Counted from the stretch's first letter, positions 24,752-34,716 are shown. The stretch is DNA of 41,992 bases from Methanomicrobiales archaeon (GCA_003160755.1 QEXZ01000002.1:1-41992); one strand, 5' to 3'. A program made the numbers and translations. Notes: generated from the sequence alone by a model not told the origin.

Positions 24752-25069
24752 ACAAACTTATTTAGGAACTTTGAAAATATGAACATCCGAAAATTTGCAT
24801 GCTCACTTTCCTTAGAGATTCTTGTGAGGTAGAGCCCATATCCCATCCTCTTGGCTTCATCACCGCCTGTTTTCGGCACACTCATATCCCCTTCGCTTTT
24901 CACCCTCATCGCTTTTTAGGTAAAAAGTAGGGAAGGGTAAATCGTTAAATCCAACAAGGGAGATAATCTCGAGTGGAAGTCTTACCAAAAACCTTAAATA
25001 CCCTCTTGACAATTTACTTTACATAGAACTCACGGAGGCACCCCGAGGAGCGCTATATAAGTACATCGT

Positions 25070-25321
25070 ATGAACATGAAAAAAGAAGAGCTTATACACC
25101 TACATATGTTATTAGCGCGGTTGAAGAAGTATTGTGAGGAAAATAGGTTGGACTGTGATTTCACGAAGTATAACGAGCTGGGTATCTCCCCTTTCCAGGT
25201 GCACCGAAGCAAAGAAGAGCACAAGCAGGCGATTTTCGTTCTTGGGACCGAACTTGTCTCGATGACGGCGAAGACCCGTTTCTCGGAGAATAAAGAAACT
25301 TTAGAGAGGATGCAAGAATAA
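25070..25321 (+). CDS. small archaeal protein, UPF0058-like
   Basis: The N-terminal KEELIHLHMLLARLKKYCEE pattern recalls the UPF0058 family. This is from memory only. Confidence 0.45.
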   Translation: MNMKKEELIHLHMLLARLKKYCEENRLDCDFTKYNELGISPFQVHRSKEEHKQAIFVLGTELVSMTAKTRFSENKETLERMQE

Positions 25322-25447
25322 GGCAGGCTGTTCAGCTTAGCAGAACACGCTTCCATACGAAGAAAATAACACTCTTCGGTTGCAAATTTGTTAATAAATA
25401 AGGAGTATTTTAACGTTTGTGTTCCCAATACCTGTCGTAGAAACAAA

Positions 25448-26164
25448 TTAGTTCAATATCTTTATATGCTCATAAACTAAGTCTGGTAAGAAACCAGCAA
25501 TTTCCTTGTACTTTTGCTCACATCTTTTCAACCCAGTTTCTATTCGCTTGCGCTCATTGATTTGGGACTTTAGTTCCACTCCTTTTCTGAATAATGCCCC
25601 CTCCACCTGCTTTCGCTCGTTGATTTCTTGCTCCAGTTCCAGATTTTTTTTGACTATTTTGGCATATAGTCCGGCATTTTCAAGTACTGCTGCGGCTTGG
25701 CTTGCAGCTATGGTTAAGAAGGCTATCTCGATTTCTGTGAATTCATGGGGATTTGCCATGTAGATGTTCAGCAGACCTATAATCTCGCCCTTTCGTTTCA
25801 TTGGCATAAATATCTGCGCCGAGATGCCTAACTCACGACCAAGGTCCATCCAGGGTTTATCTCGAGGCTCCTTGAAGACATTAGGCACCAGATAATAACG
25901 CCCGGTCTTCAAAGCCACTCCAGATGGGCTTGTAGTGAGGGGCACTCCCTTGCTGTAAACTCTTTCGATATAATCGTCTGGAAGACCAAAAGTAGCAACC
26001 ATCACAAGTTCATCGGTCTCCTCATCGATGAGCATAATAGACCCCGAATGTGCGCCCATCGCATTCCCCACACGATTAAGAATCTCGTTAAGTATTTGTT
26101 TATGGTCTCTCTTCAGGTCTATTTTCGAAATACTCAACAGTGCTTTTAACTTTAGATTTGTCAT
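25448..26164 (-). CDS. GAF-domain protein with coiled coil, ending at the start of a PAS-like segment (probably a truncated sensor)
   Basis: GAF core GSIMLIDEETDELVMVATFGLP...GLLNIYMANPHEFTEIEIAFLTIAASQAAAVLENAGLY. Duplicated ELEQEINERKQVE/ELKSQINERKRIE linkers follow, then YKEIAGFLPDLVYE and stop. Confidence 0.7.
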   Translation of the reverse strand: MTNLKLKALLSISKIDLKRDHKQILNEILNRVGNAMGAHSGSIMLIDEETDELVMVATFGLPDDYIERVYSKGVPLTTSPSGVALKTGRYYLVPNVFKEPRDKPWMDLGRELGISAQIFMPMKRKGEIIGLLNIYMANPHEFTEIEIAFLTIAASQAAAVLENAGLYAKIVKKNLELEQEINERKQVEGALFRKGVELKSQINERKRIETGLKRCEQKYKEIAGFLPDLVYEHIKILN

Positions 26165-26412
26165 TTTGTGTACACTGTTGTATAGTTTATAATTATAGGT
26201 ATATAAATAAGTTGTGTTTTTTTTCACCCAAATTTCATACTTTTTAAGTTTATGCCCTACGGTTTATACAACAATACTCAAATAGCAACTTCCTCTCGGA
26301 TTCAATGACGTTTTTTTAAAAAAAAATCGAAAGGTTTTTATATCATGAAGCTTACCATATCGTAAAATGAAAGAAGGGATGTTTGAGGATAGAAGGGAGG
26401 TGAAGGGGATAC

Positions 26413-27504
26413 ATGTTTGAGAAGGTCTTTACACCATTGGAAGTTAGAGGCGTAACAATTCCTAACAGGATTGTTTTTCCCGCATTTCAAACGAATTACG
26501 CAACCAGGGATGGATTTGTTACTGAGAGGGTAATGAAATTTTATCGAAACATTGCTAAAGGTGGAGCCGGGCTTACCATTGTTGGGTGTATAGCCGTTTC
26601 TAAGGATGGCGCGGGAGCTACCAATGTCCTACAACTAACCGATGAGCGGCACGTGGATGGCTTAAAGAAGCTCTTTAAAGAGATTAAATCTTATGGCACC
26701 GTTGCAGGAGCTCAACTGATACATTTCGGAAGGCAGACAAGTTCGAGTATAACCGGGCATCCGCTGGTTGCACCTTCGGCAATCCCATGTCCAGTGATGA
26801 AGGAAACGCCCCGAGAGCTGAGTGAAGAAGAGATCTGTCGAATTGAAGATGACTTCACTAATGCTGCTCTGCGTGCCAAAAATGCTGGTGCTGACATGGT
26901 GGAACTCCATGCCGCCTTTGGTTACCTGATAAGTGGGTTTCTATCAGCATACTCTAACAAGAGAACAGACAAATACGGGGGAAACCTGGAGAACAGAACC
27001 AGGTTCTTAAAAGAAATAATTGAAAAAGTGCGTAGCAAGCTTCAGGGCACTCTAATTGGCTGTCGTATAAGCGCCGAAGAATTCGTGGATGGAGGCTTGA
27101 CCCTCGAAGAATCTAAAAAGATTGTGCCGATGCTTGCGGACATGGGCATAGACGTAATCAGCGTTGGGGCAGGTGTATATCAAAGCATGAACAAAATGGC
27201 ACCCACCAAAGAGATGGGAGAAGGACCGTATGTTTATCTCGCTGCGGGAATAAAAGAAGTTGTTGATGTCCCTGTAATCTGCGCTGGAAACATCCTTAAC
27301 CTGAGATTTGCTCAAAAAATCATTGCTGAGGGGAAAGCAGACCTGGTGGCAATGGGCAGAGCCCAGGTAGCCGACCCACAAATCGTTAATAAATCCAAAA
27401 ATGGACTTCTGAACTCAATCGTCGAATGTGATTTGTGCAACAGATGCATGTACTGGGTAACCGGCGAACCCGCTATGTCATGTCCAAAAAATCCAAACCT
27501 TTGA
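26413..27504 (+). CDS. Old Yellow Enzyme family NADH:flavin oxidoreductase with C-terminal Cys cluster
   Basis: FPAFQTNY, AQLIHFGRQ, VELHAAFGYLISGFLS..SNKRTDKYGG, and a C-terminal CDLCNRC...C. Confidence 0.85.
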   Translation: MFEKVFTPLEVRGVTIPNRIVFPAFQTNYATRDGFVTERVMKFYRNIAKGGAGLTIVGCIAVSKDGAGATNVLQLTDERHVDGLKKLFKEIKSYGTVAGAQLIHFGRQTSSSITGHPLVAPSAIPCPVMKETPRELSEEEICRIEDDFTNAALRAKNAGADMVELHAAFGYLISGFLSAYSNKRTDKYGGNLENRTRFLKEIIEKVRSKLQGTLIGCRISAEEFVDGGLTLEESKKIVPMLADMGIDVISVGAGVYQSMNKMAPTKEMGEGPYVYLAAGIKEVVDVPVICAGNILNLRFAQKIIAEGKADLVAMGRAQVADPQIVNKSKNGLLNSIVECDLCNRCMYWVTGEPAMSCPKNPNL

Positions 27505-27605
27505 ATATATAAATACTGAAACATTTTCAAGTAGAACTTGTATATAACCCATTAAATTATAGAATGCACGGTGGAAGTTATCCCTGCGAATGTGCGTCAA
27601 TATAT

Positions 27606-28829
27606 CTACTCGATCTGAACGTCGGGGCTTTCTTCAGGATTGCTTTCGGAAATCATTTCCAGGATTTGAGTCGCCACAGGCGGACATCCCGCTACAAAAA
27701 CACCCTGCTTTTTATGTTGTGCAGTGCAGTTACCGATGCAGAGCGTACCGCGTGGGACAGACTGATGTCCCTTCCCGATTGCAATGGTGACATTCTCCTG
27801 TCCTGGGAAGGAGTCGAGCACCTGCTTCCTATGCCGTTTCAAGAGCATCAAAACTGTGGACTGGCAGGCACTGCATGAGTTTTCATCAAGAAGGGTGATA
27901 CCCGGGAACTGTATAGATAAGTTGTCGGGAGGGGGCTCAAAAGGAGAGATAAAATCGTGCCACATATCTGGATTCACCTGTATCCTTGAGATATCAATCA
28001 CGCCGTATCCTCGTTCAGCGCAAATACGCAGGTGTGGCACATCCTCTGCATTCAGCCCCATTAGTGAGCAGGCAACGGCATCCACTGCGAATGGATCAAG
28101 CCCTGCCACAACCAGATCAAGTTTCTTAGCCTGCCCGGCGCTTGGCCCCATCCCTTCCATTCCAGTAGTGCCATCAATGATTGATAGATGAGGACGAAGA
28201 ACTGAGGACATATCAGCAATGGCGATATTAAGAGTTTTGTCGTCCATATCCTCAATTTGAGGTAGCATGTGAAGATCAACCTTTGTGCGGCGCCACAGAC
28301 ATCCTTTCATATTTTTTACCGCCAGCGTGACAACTGTGTGCATGTGCGTTTTCATGACAGGGATTGAAACGACAACGTCGTACTCGACCACTTCAGGGCA
28401 CACCTCAAGCGACTGTATTGCAACGCCGTCTTCGACAAGCACATGAACGGGCTGCCGGGCGTCCATATCAATCAACGGACAGTTGCGCTCACGGGCCACA
28501 GACGCAATACCCGTTGCTTCGAATGCCTCCATTGTTTTGACTCCTGTTATTGGACTCTCACCAACAGCGACACTTGCTTCTGCCTCGAGAAATACGTCAA
28601 TTGCCGCAGCCACAACTTGAGGGTTGGTTGTGATTCCCGATTCGGCAGTAGCAATTCGCCCTGCATTAGGCTTTAAAAGAACACGCTTGCCTTTGACCGC
28701 AGCAGCGAGGTTGATTTGTGAGAGAACCTCTCTCGTGTTATCATATGCACTTCCTCCCGCAGCGACATGGACATGAGGATTAGACCTGTCATCGCTAAAA
28801 GGAGTTGGATGCAGTAAGGTCATATTCAT
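27606..28829 (-). CDS. DUF362-domain protein with C-terminal Cys-rich region
   Basis: VLLKPNAG, VMKTHMHT and IDGTTGMEGMGPS are DUF362-like. I chose the ATG at 28829 (MNMTLL). GC looks higher than the window average. Confidence 0.65.
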   Translation of the reverse strand: MNMTLLHPTPFSDDRSNPHVHVAAGGSAYDNTREVLSQINLAAAVKGKRVLLKPNAGRIATAESGITTNPQVVAAAIDVFLEAEASVAVGESPITGVKTMEAFEATGIASVARERNCPLIDMDARQPVHVLVEDGVAIQSLEVCPEVVEYDVVVSIPVMKTHMHTVVTLAVKNMKGCLWRRTKVDLHMLPQIEDMDDKTLNIAIADMSSVLRPHLSIIDGTTGMEGMGPSAGQAKKLDLVVAGLDPFAVDAVACSLMGLNAEDVPHLRICAERGYGVIDISRIQVNPDMWHDFISPFEPPPDNLSIQFPGITLLDENSCSACQSTVLMLLKRHRKQVLDSFPGQENVTIAIGKGHQSVPRGTLCIGNCTAQHKKQGVFVAGCPPVATQILEMISESNPEESPDVQIE

Positions 28830-28833
28830 CTGA

Positions 28834-29442
28834 TCAGCACCCCCCGTCGTCTTCAGCGTCTGCCAGCATTTCAAATACCTGACGAGCTATGGCGTACGAA
28901 CCAAGCATCCGTATGGTGTTCTCTTTTCCGATCTCAGACAGCGCTCCCATGATATGGTGTTTCTCTTGATAATATCGTGCTTGCTTTCCCGGAAGCGCGT
29001 AATACGGTGTTAGTAATTTATCTTCTACATCCGAAGTAATTCCTTCGTTTTCCTTAAGACGGTTCCATAGTTCTTTTGGAGTGGGCAATCTGGCAAGTTT
29101 CCTTTCCAGTCCTGTGATATAGTCATGTTCAATTATTCCATGTCCATTCGTTGAGTAAGCAAACTTAAGTCCGAGGATCTCAGCATATTCTTTTGCCTGC
29201 TGTAGTCCATCTCCGGGATCTTTGTATGCAGCTTTAGCCTCAATAACCGCGATTGGGACGTTTCTAGATATTCTGAGGATATAATCGGCTCTTTTAGTTT
29301 TTCTCCTTTGTACTTTATCCCCTAGTACAACAATCTTACCGTCAGTAAAGGTCTTTTGTTCGCTAATTTGGTCATCTGACCACTCTGCTTCATATAATTT
29401 TGGTAGCACGTACCTACGACAAGTATCGGCTTCTGTTATCAT
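28834..29442 (-). pseudogene. hsdR: type I restriction enzyme R subunit, N-terminal nuclease domain only (truncated hsdR)
   Basis: MITEADTCRRYVLPKLYEAEW, RADYIL, IAVIEAKA, GLQQAKEYA, and ARYYQ (start of helicase motif Q). Unrelated sequence follows for ~40 aa and then a stop. No helicase domain is present. Confidence 0.7.
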
Positions 29443-29650
29443 TTATAAGCCTCTATTGCTTATGCATAAGACATAAAGCTTGCGGGAATATATATAACTT
29501 CGCACTATTTCAATTATTTCTTCGTGCAATTGACCGAATTATTTTACCTCCGACACTGAATTATTTTAAAGTTTCAATTTCGTGCTTTATTTGCACATTT
29601 AGCTTAACGTTCTCTGTAATTCCGTGTAATCTCGTGGTTATAAAAACGAA

Positions 29651-29770
29651 CTACTCAAACCCACTCCCTGCCTTCCACTCTCCAAAAACGTTTCCGCTAC
29701 CCCACGCCCAAGTTCTCTTCCCATTTTCTCGTGCCTTACGTACCGTACCACTTCGTGTAATTCTCGAGAT
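29651..29770 (-). pseudogene. decayed sppA remnant (3' end joined to an internal fragment)
   Basis: 29651-29718 is ~90% identical by eye to 30541-30608, the 3' end of sppA. 29719-29770 matches sppA-internal 31116-31165. Confidence 0.6.
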
Positions 29771-29804
29771 TTATCCCAGAAATAAAAAAAATAGAATTCT
29801 CATA

Positions 29805-30251
29805 CTAACTCCCTGTCATCTTTATCTTTTCTTTTACCTTTTCAAACTCTTCAAGCAAATAATAAGCTTCAACTCCGAACTTTCTTGCACTTTCAACCTG
29901 GATTTTATCATTTGAGACCAAATGGGCACTCCCGATTTTAGTGGCAGCTATATAAAATGTATCAATTGCCCTTGAGCCGGTCTCAAAGGCTATCGAAAAA
30001 GAGAGTCTCTCTACTTCTTTTGTTTTGATGAATTCAAGCTTCTCGACAATGGATTCATACAATATAGTAGCCTCATCCTTTTCCATCCTTCTAACAAGCT
30101 GCCCAATCAGCTCTATTTTAAATATTTCTGGTTCCACAATTAGAACGTCTTTCTCCTCTATAAGTCTAAATAAGATTCTGGCTTTCTCATGCCTTTTTTG
30201 GTCATATTTGAAGAGCTCATCAAGAAAAACAGAAGTGTCAACAACAATCAC
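29805..30251 (-). CDS. vapC: PIN-domain toxin VapC
   Basis: [11 protein letters not shown], an acidic residue in [14 protein letters not shown]-like [10 protein letters not shown], and VSND. Confidence 0.85.
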   Translation of the reverse strand: MIVVDTSVFLDELFKYDQKRHEKARILFRLIEEKDVLIVEPEIFKIELIGQLVRRMEKDEATILYESIVEKLEFIKTKEVERLSFSIAFETGSRAIDTFYIAATKIGSAHLVSNDKIQVESARKFGVEAYYLLEEFEKVKEKIKMTGS

Positions 30252-30430
30252 CTTCTCTCCTCCAAGAACTCTTTTAGAACATCTTTGTCCACTTTTCTGC
30301 TGAATTTCTCGAGTATATCTGCTATTCCTTTAGTTTTCACTACTACAATCGCTTTAGAGCCTTCTTTAAGACTAACCACCTTTAGGGGTTTAAAAACACC
30401 TTTCTCATACACCACCTCTACCTCCTCCAT
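30248..30430 (-). CDS. AF2212/DUF104-type antitoxin
   Basis: [28 protein letters not shown] is the typical DUF104 pattern. It has a 4-nt overlap with vapC. Confidence 0.7.
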   Translation of the reverse strand: MEEVEVVYEKGVFKPLKVVSLKEGSKAIVVVKTKGIADILEKFSRKVDKDVLKEFLEERR

Positions 30431-30536
30431 GTTCGCTCACCTGATAATATCTTAATAGTTTTAATTAAATATAAATATCGGCGTGTTGACAAATCTCGTA
30501 TCGATCGCTTTTATTTCCGCTATCTCTGGCTCCATG

Positions 30537-31487
30537 TTAGCCACTCAAGCCCACCCCCTGCCTTCCATTCTCCAAAAACGTTTCCGCTATTCCACGCCCA
30601 AGTTCCCTCGCAAATACGCCGAAGAACGACTCAAAAGCTGATTTTCTTCCATATTCAACCACGCTTGGCTTACCTTCGATTCCTGCCAGTTCCGCTGCGA
30701 GGTCAACAGCATCCTGAAAAGTACCCAGCTCATCTACCAACCCCATCTCCTTTGCCTGCCTGCCGGTGAGGATTCTGCCATCAGCAAGCTCCAAGACCTC
30801 GCTCTCGTTCATCTGCCTTCCTTCCGCTACTGCTTGAACAAACTGAATATAAATGTCATCAATCATTTCCTGAAGTATTTGCCGCTCTTCCGCGGTCATA
30901 TTTCTAAGCGGCGACCCGATGTCTTTATATTTACCGCTCTTAATGACATTAGCCCGTATCCCATACCGCTCAAGCAGTTCAGAGTACTGCAACTGGGAAA
31001 AGATAACACCAATGCTCCCTGTTATTGTTCCGGGATTCGCAACTATTTTGTCTGCTGCACAGGCAACGTAATACCCGCCAGAAGTGGCTACATCGCTCAT
31101 CGAAGCCACTACTATCTTACCATTCTCTCGTGCCTTACATACCTCCGCGTGTAATTCTTGCGATGCCGCAGCACTTCCACCAGGGCTATTTATCCTGAGT
31201 ATAATCGCCCCTACAGAGGGGTCTTCGCCTGCACGCTTTATCTGCCTTGCAATATCGTCTGCACCTGATGCTAATCCAAATATCCCAAAGCCACCGCTAC
31301 CACCCACGATTGCACCTTCAATATTGATTATTGCTATTTTATCGCCGCCTACACCTATGCCACCACTATCAAACGGACCTTTCGCTATGATGGCAATTCC
31401 GAACACCACGGAAATCAAACAAAAACCTAATAGGAGTAAGGCAATGACCTTTCTTTTGTTTTCCATTACCGCTTTAATGCTCTCCAT
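30537..31487 (-). CDS. sppA: signal peptide peptidase SppA (36K type, S49)
   Basis: An N-terminal TM segment, then INSPGGSA, ATSGGYYVA and GSIGV. Confidence 0.9.
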   Translation of the reverse strand: MESIKAVMENKRKVIALLLLGFCLISVVFGIAIIAKGPFDSGGIGVGGDKIAIINIEGAIVGGSGGFGIFGLASGADDIARQIKRAGEDPSVGAIILRINSPGGSAAASQELHAEVCKARENGKIVVASMSDVATSGGYYVACAADKIVANPGTITGSIGVIFSQLQYSELLERYGIRANVIKSGKYKDIGSPLRNMTAEERQILQEMIDDIYIQFVQAVAEGRQMNESEVLELADGRILTGRQAKEMGLVDELGTFQDAVDLAAELAGIEGKPSVVEYGRKSAFESFFGVFARELGRGIAETFLENGRQGVGLSG

Positions 31488-31500
31488 TTAAATCCCCCAT

Positions 31501-32106
31501 TTATAGCATTGAAATCAAAAAAATACCCACGATTATAAGTATAAATGCCAGCACTATAAGAACCACAAATGGTAGAACGAGAGTTGCAATTGCCCTACCC
31601 GTGGAGAATTTATGTGCCTCCCTAATTGCGAGAACGTCCAGTATTAAAACCCAGATCGCCAAAATGCCTCCCAAACCGATAGCTATGAATGCCCCGGTTA
31701 AACCACCAGAAAGAATGGCGATTAAACCAATTGGAGCTTGGAATATGTTTGGAAGCGTAGCAAAACCCAGTAGAACCAGCATTTCTGTGAAAGCACCCTT
31801 TCCTCCCAGAATCTTTGCTACTACGTGAAGTATGCCTGCGATAACGACCCAGAGAATAAATCCAAAAACTACGCTTATGGTCATGGATGCACTCGGCGAA
31901 AACATCATCTCTTCAAAACCCGGAAACTCTGCAAACATGGACATGAACACGCTTTGCGTTAATATGCTCCCTGCTCCGCTGCAAATGCATGCAATTAGAA
32001 CTACGATAGCTGCGATAGTCACCGATGTTCTCTCTTCCAACATTCGCCTGAACGTAGAAGCCGGGCTGAACAAAGTCCCAAAAATATTTTCTAACAAATC
32101 AGTCAT
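31501..32106 (-). CDS. Yip1-domain membrane protein
   Basis: N-terminus LFSPASTFRRM followed by five TM segments. Confidence 0.7.
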   Translation of the reverse strand: MTDLLENIFGTLFSPASTFRRMLEERTSVTIAAIVVLIACICSGAGSILTQSVFMSMFAEFPGFEEMMFSPSASMTISVVFGFILWVVIAGILHVVAKILGGKGAFTEMLVLLGFATLPNIFQAPIGLIAILSGGLTGAFIAIGLGGILAIWVLILDVLAIREAHKFSTGRAIATLVLPFVVLIVLAFILIIVGIFLISML

Positions 32107-32299
32107 TTATTTCATCTCCTTGTTTTTTAGCATATTCATCTTTTAGCGCCTTAACCATCTCCTCATTTGCCTCAATTATAAACGAACCGATATAACCGCA
32201 GTTCTTACAATGGTACACGAAACCAATCTTTCCTCCAACTTCGTAATATAGCTTTGCGCTACCACAAATAGGACAAACTTTTGTCGTCTTTTCTTTCAT
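32099..32299 (-). CDS. small zinc-ribbon protein
   Basis: CPICGS...CKNCGY. The ATG at 32299 overlaps the upstream stop as ATGA. Confidence 0.6.
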   Translation of the reverse strand: MKEKTTKVCPICGSAKLYYEVGGKIGFVYHCKNCGYIGSFIIEANEEMVKALKDEYAKKQGDEIND

Positions 32300-32856
32300 T
32301 TCTTCGCCATATCGCACAAGTATTTAACCATGCAGGCGTGTTCAATCGAGCTGAGAATAACAAAAGCTTCGTCTACCGTGGCACCACGTGCAAACGTGCC
32401 GTGACCCTGAACGACAAGCCCCTTATGGTCACGAAGCGCCTGAGCTGCATTTCTCGCTAATTCTTCCGAGCCGATACCACCTGTCACCACCGGTATTTCA
32501 TGCAGAAAATAGATGCTTTCTGAATCTTCAGGCACTATCTGCATCTGCTCGCCGGGTTTGCAAAGCATAGACATCACCACTGCGTACTTTGAATGCCCGT
32601 GTAAAACGGCAAGAGCAGAAGTCGCCTTGTAAATCGCTCGATGGACGTTTACTTCTGACGATGCAATCACATCAAGCTCATCCGGCGATGTAGGGTCTAT
32701 TGGAACCGTGACAATCTGTCCTTCAAGTTCGTCAAGCATACTTCCTGTGGTGCTGATAAGCATCTGATCTCCAACTCGCTTGCTGACATTCCCGAAATGC
32801 GAATGTGCAAGCCCTGCATCAACTATCTTCCGCCCGTATTTTATTAGTTCTTGCAT
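32296..32856 (-). CDS. class II aldolase/adducin-family protein
   Basis: SHFGNVS, STTGSML, VLHGHSKYAV, VQGHGTFARG. Confidence 0.8.
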   Translation of the reverse strand: MQELIKYGRKIVDAGLAHSHFGNVSKRVGDQMLISTTGSMLDELEGQIVTVPIDPTSPDELDVIASSEVNVHRAIYKATSALAVLHGHSKYAVVMSMLCKPGEQMQIVPEDSESIYFLHEIPVVTGGIGSEELARNAAQALRDHKGLVVQGHGTFARGATVDEAFVILSSIEHACMVKYLCDMAKK

Positions 32857-32905
32857 TTCGTTATGTAAATATTATATATAGTACGATAAAGTATCGAAAA
32901 ACATT

Positions 32906-34318
32906 TTAATGTATCGTTGTTTTCATCAGCCCGCTTATGTAAATCCTTGCCCATGAGAATGCCACTGCGGTACCAATAGTATTTGCTACAACTAATCCCC
33001 ACCAGACCCCTACTAATTCCAATTCGAGATTGAAAGCGAATACGGCTGCGAGCAATGGTGTCAAAACGAGCGTTCGTAAAACGGTGACAAGCAGTGCTGG
33101 TATCCCTCTTCCCGCTCCTTGAAAAAGCGAAGAAGAGAGCATGCCAAATGATATTGTTGGGTAGAATAGACAGATTATCCGGAGAAAAAGTGTCAGACCA
33201 AGAGCTATATGTGCTGCACCTTCGGCTTGTGTAAACACCGCGGCTATCTGAGGTGCGAAAATGAAGGTTGCCACTGCTATGGCAGTCTCTATCATGAGAC
33301 CAATCTTTATAGCATAGATGTGCGCAATACTTACCTTTCTAAAGGAGCGTGCGCCAAAAGCAGCCCCAGTTACCGAGACAACGGCAGTAGCGATACCCAT
33401 CGTCGGCATGACCGCTATACTTGCCACCCGCCACCCCGCAGAATAAATTGCTACGCCATCTGTGCCACCCACCATTACTATTATGACGTTCATCACAAGC
33501 ATGGTGAATGACATGGAAAGCATCATCACTGAAGATGGCAGACCAACTCTGAAGATGTCCATAACAATGTCCTTATTGCATTTGAAATCGCTGAATGAGA
33601 ACGATACGTAGGTATCTTTTTTGAACAGAAGCCAGTTTAGCATGATAATGGATGAGACGCCCAACGATATGAGCGTAGCCCAAGCAGCGCCTGCAATACC
33701 CAGACCAAAGGTGTAGATAAAAACCGGGTCCAATACGATATTCAGACCTGCACCCAGTGCCATAGCATACATGGCTCGCCTGGCATCTCCTTCACCCCGC
33801 AGTATTGCATTCGCGATGTTAGTGAAAAATATAAGAATACTGCCGGCAAAGATAACCTGGCCATAAGCTACAGCCATACCTACGGTCTTACCCGCGCCTA
33901 TCGAAGCAAATATCTCGTGAGCAAAAGCGAAAAGCGGTATGGTAAAAACAGCCGTTGTTAACAGCATTATCATGATTGCATGAACCGCTACGTTGTCTGC
34001 GCCACTCTTATCGCGAGCACCGAGCCTGCGGGATATAGCCGACCCTGCACCTACGCCCAATCCGTTGGACAGTGCCATAGCCAGGAAGAAAAAGGGGAAG
34101 ACGAAACCAATCGCAGCGAGTGCGTCAGCACCAAGACCCGAAACCCAAATTGCATCTGCAAGATTATAGATTGCTTGCACGGACATAGCCGCGATCATTG
34201 GTAATGATAGTTTGATAATGGCTTTTTTAGGGTCGCCAAGTAATGTCTCCACGCCCTTCGTTTCCTTCTTCTGCGATAATGCATCAGAAGTGCCCTTTTT
34301 TGATAATTTGTTATTCAC
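32906..34318 (-). CDS. MATE family efflux transporter
   Basis: 12-TM profile. N-terminus LSLPMIAAMSVQAIYNLADAIWVSGLG. Confidence 0.9.
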   Translation of the reverse strand: MNNKLSKKGTSDALSQKKETKGVETLLGDPKKAIIKLSLPMIAAMSVQAIYNLADAIWVSGLGADALAAIGFVFPFFFLAMALSNGLGVGAGSAISRRLGARDKSGADNVAVHAIMIMLLTTAVFTIPLFAFAHEIFASIGAGKTVGMAVAYGQVIFAGSILIFFTNIANAILRGEGDARRAMYAMALGAGLNIVLDPVFIYTFGLGIAGAAWATLISLGVSSIIMLNWLLFKKDTYVSFSFSDFKCNKDIVMDIFRVGLPSSVMMLSMSFTMLVMNVIIVMVGGTDGVAIYSAGWRVASIAVMPTMGIATAVVSVTGAAFGARSFRKVSIAHIYAIKIGLMIETAIAVATFIFAPQIAAVFTQAEGAAHIALGLTLFLRIICLFYPTISFGMLSSSLFQGAGRGIPALLVTVLRTLVLTPLLAAVFAFNLELELVGVWWGLVVANTIGTAVAFSWARIYISGLMKTTIH

Positions 34319-34377
34319 GTGAGTATCCCCTTGTATTTATAGTCATTCCGAAAAGTATTAACCACCAGATTACACAT

Positions 34378-34420
34378 CGTGGGCTCTGCCCACGTCCCGC
34401 AAACCCTGAAAGGGTTTATT
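34378..34420 (+). repeat. GC-rich double-hairpin element, copy C
   Basis: CGTGGGCTCTGCCCACGTCCCGCAAACCCTGAAAGGGTTTATT. Confidence 0.75.
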
Positions 34421-34439
34421 TCACGAGATTATTTATTAA

Positions 34440-34516
34440 TTTACCAAAGAAAACTTTTTTTGTTTTTTCTTTTAGCACAGGTTTTCTTTTTTTTTAAAAA
34501 AAAAAGAAAAAGTGTT
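34440..34516 (+). repeat. AT-rich palindromic repeat, copy 2
   Basis: Same motif as 4246-4311. Confidence 0.7.
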
Positions 34517-34582
34517 GTGTTAATCGTGTGGAATCTTGTGGTTCATTATTTGCAATTTATTACTGGAATGACTATAACAAAA

Positions 34583-34716
34583 ACAAAATAAATTATAGAC
34601 ACAGATTAACACAGATGAAAAGAGCAACGCCGTTAGCCCAGCTCAACAAATAAAAGAAAAAATCCGTGTAAATCCGTGTCTTAAACAGAAGGAAGTTATA
34701 CTTTATATACAACAAG
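34583..34716 (-). mobile_element. MITE-like element, copy 4
   Basis: GACACAGATTAACACAGATG (34598-34617) and AAATCCGTGTAAATCCGTGTC (34660-34680) form imperfect inverted repeats. The element ends ...GAAGGAAGTTATACTTTATATACAACAAG. Confidence 0.7.
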
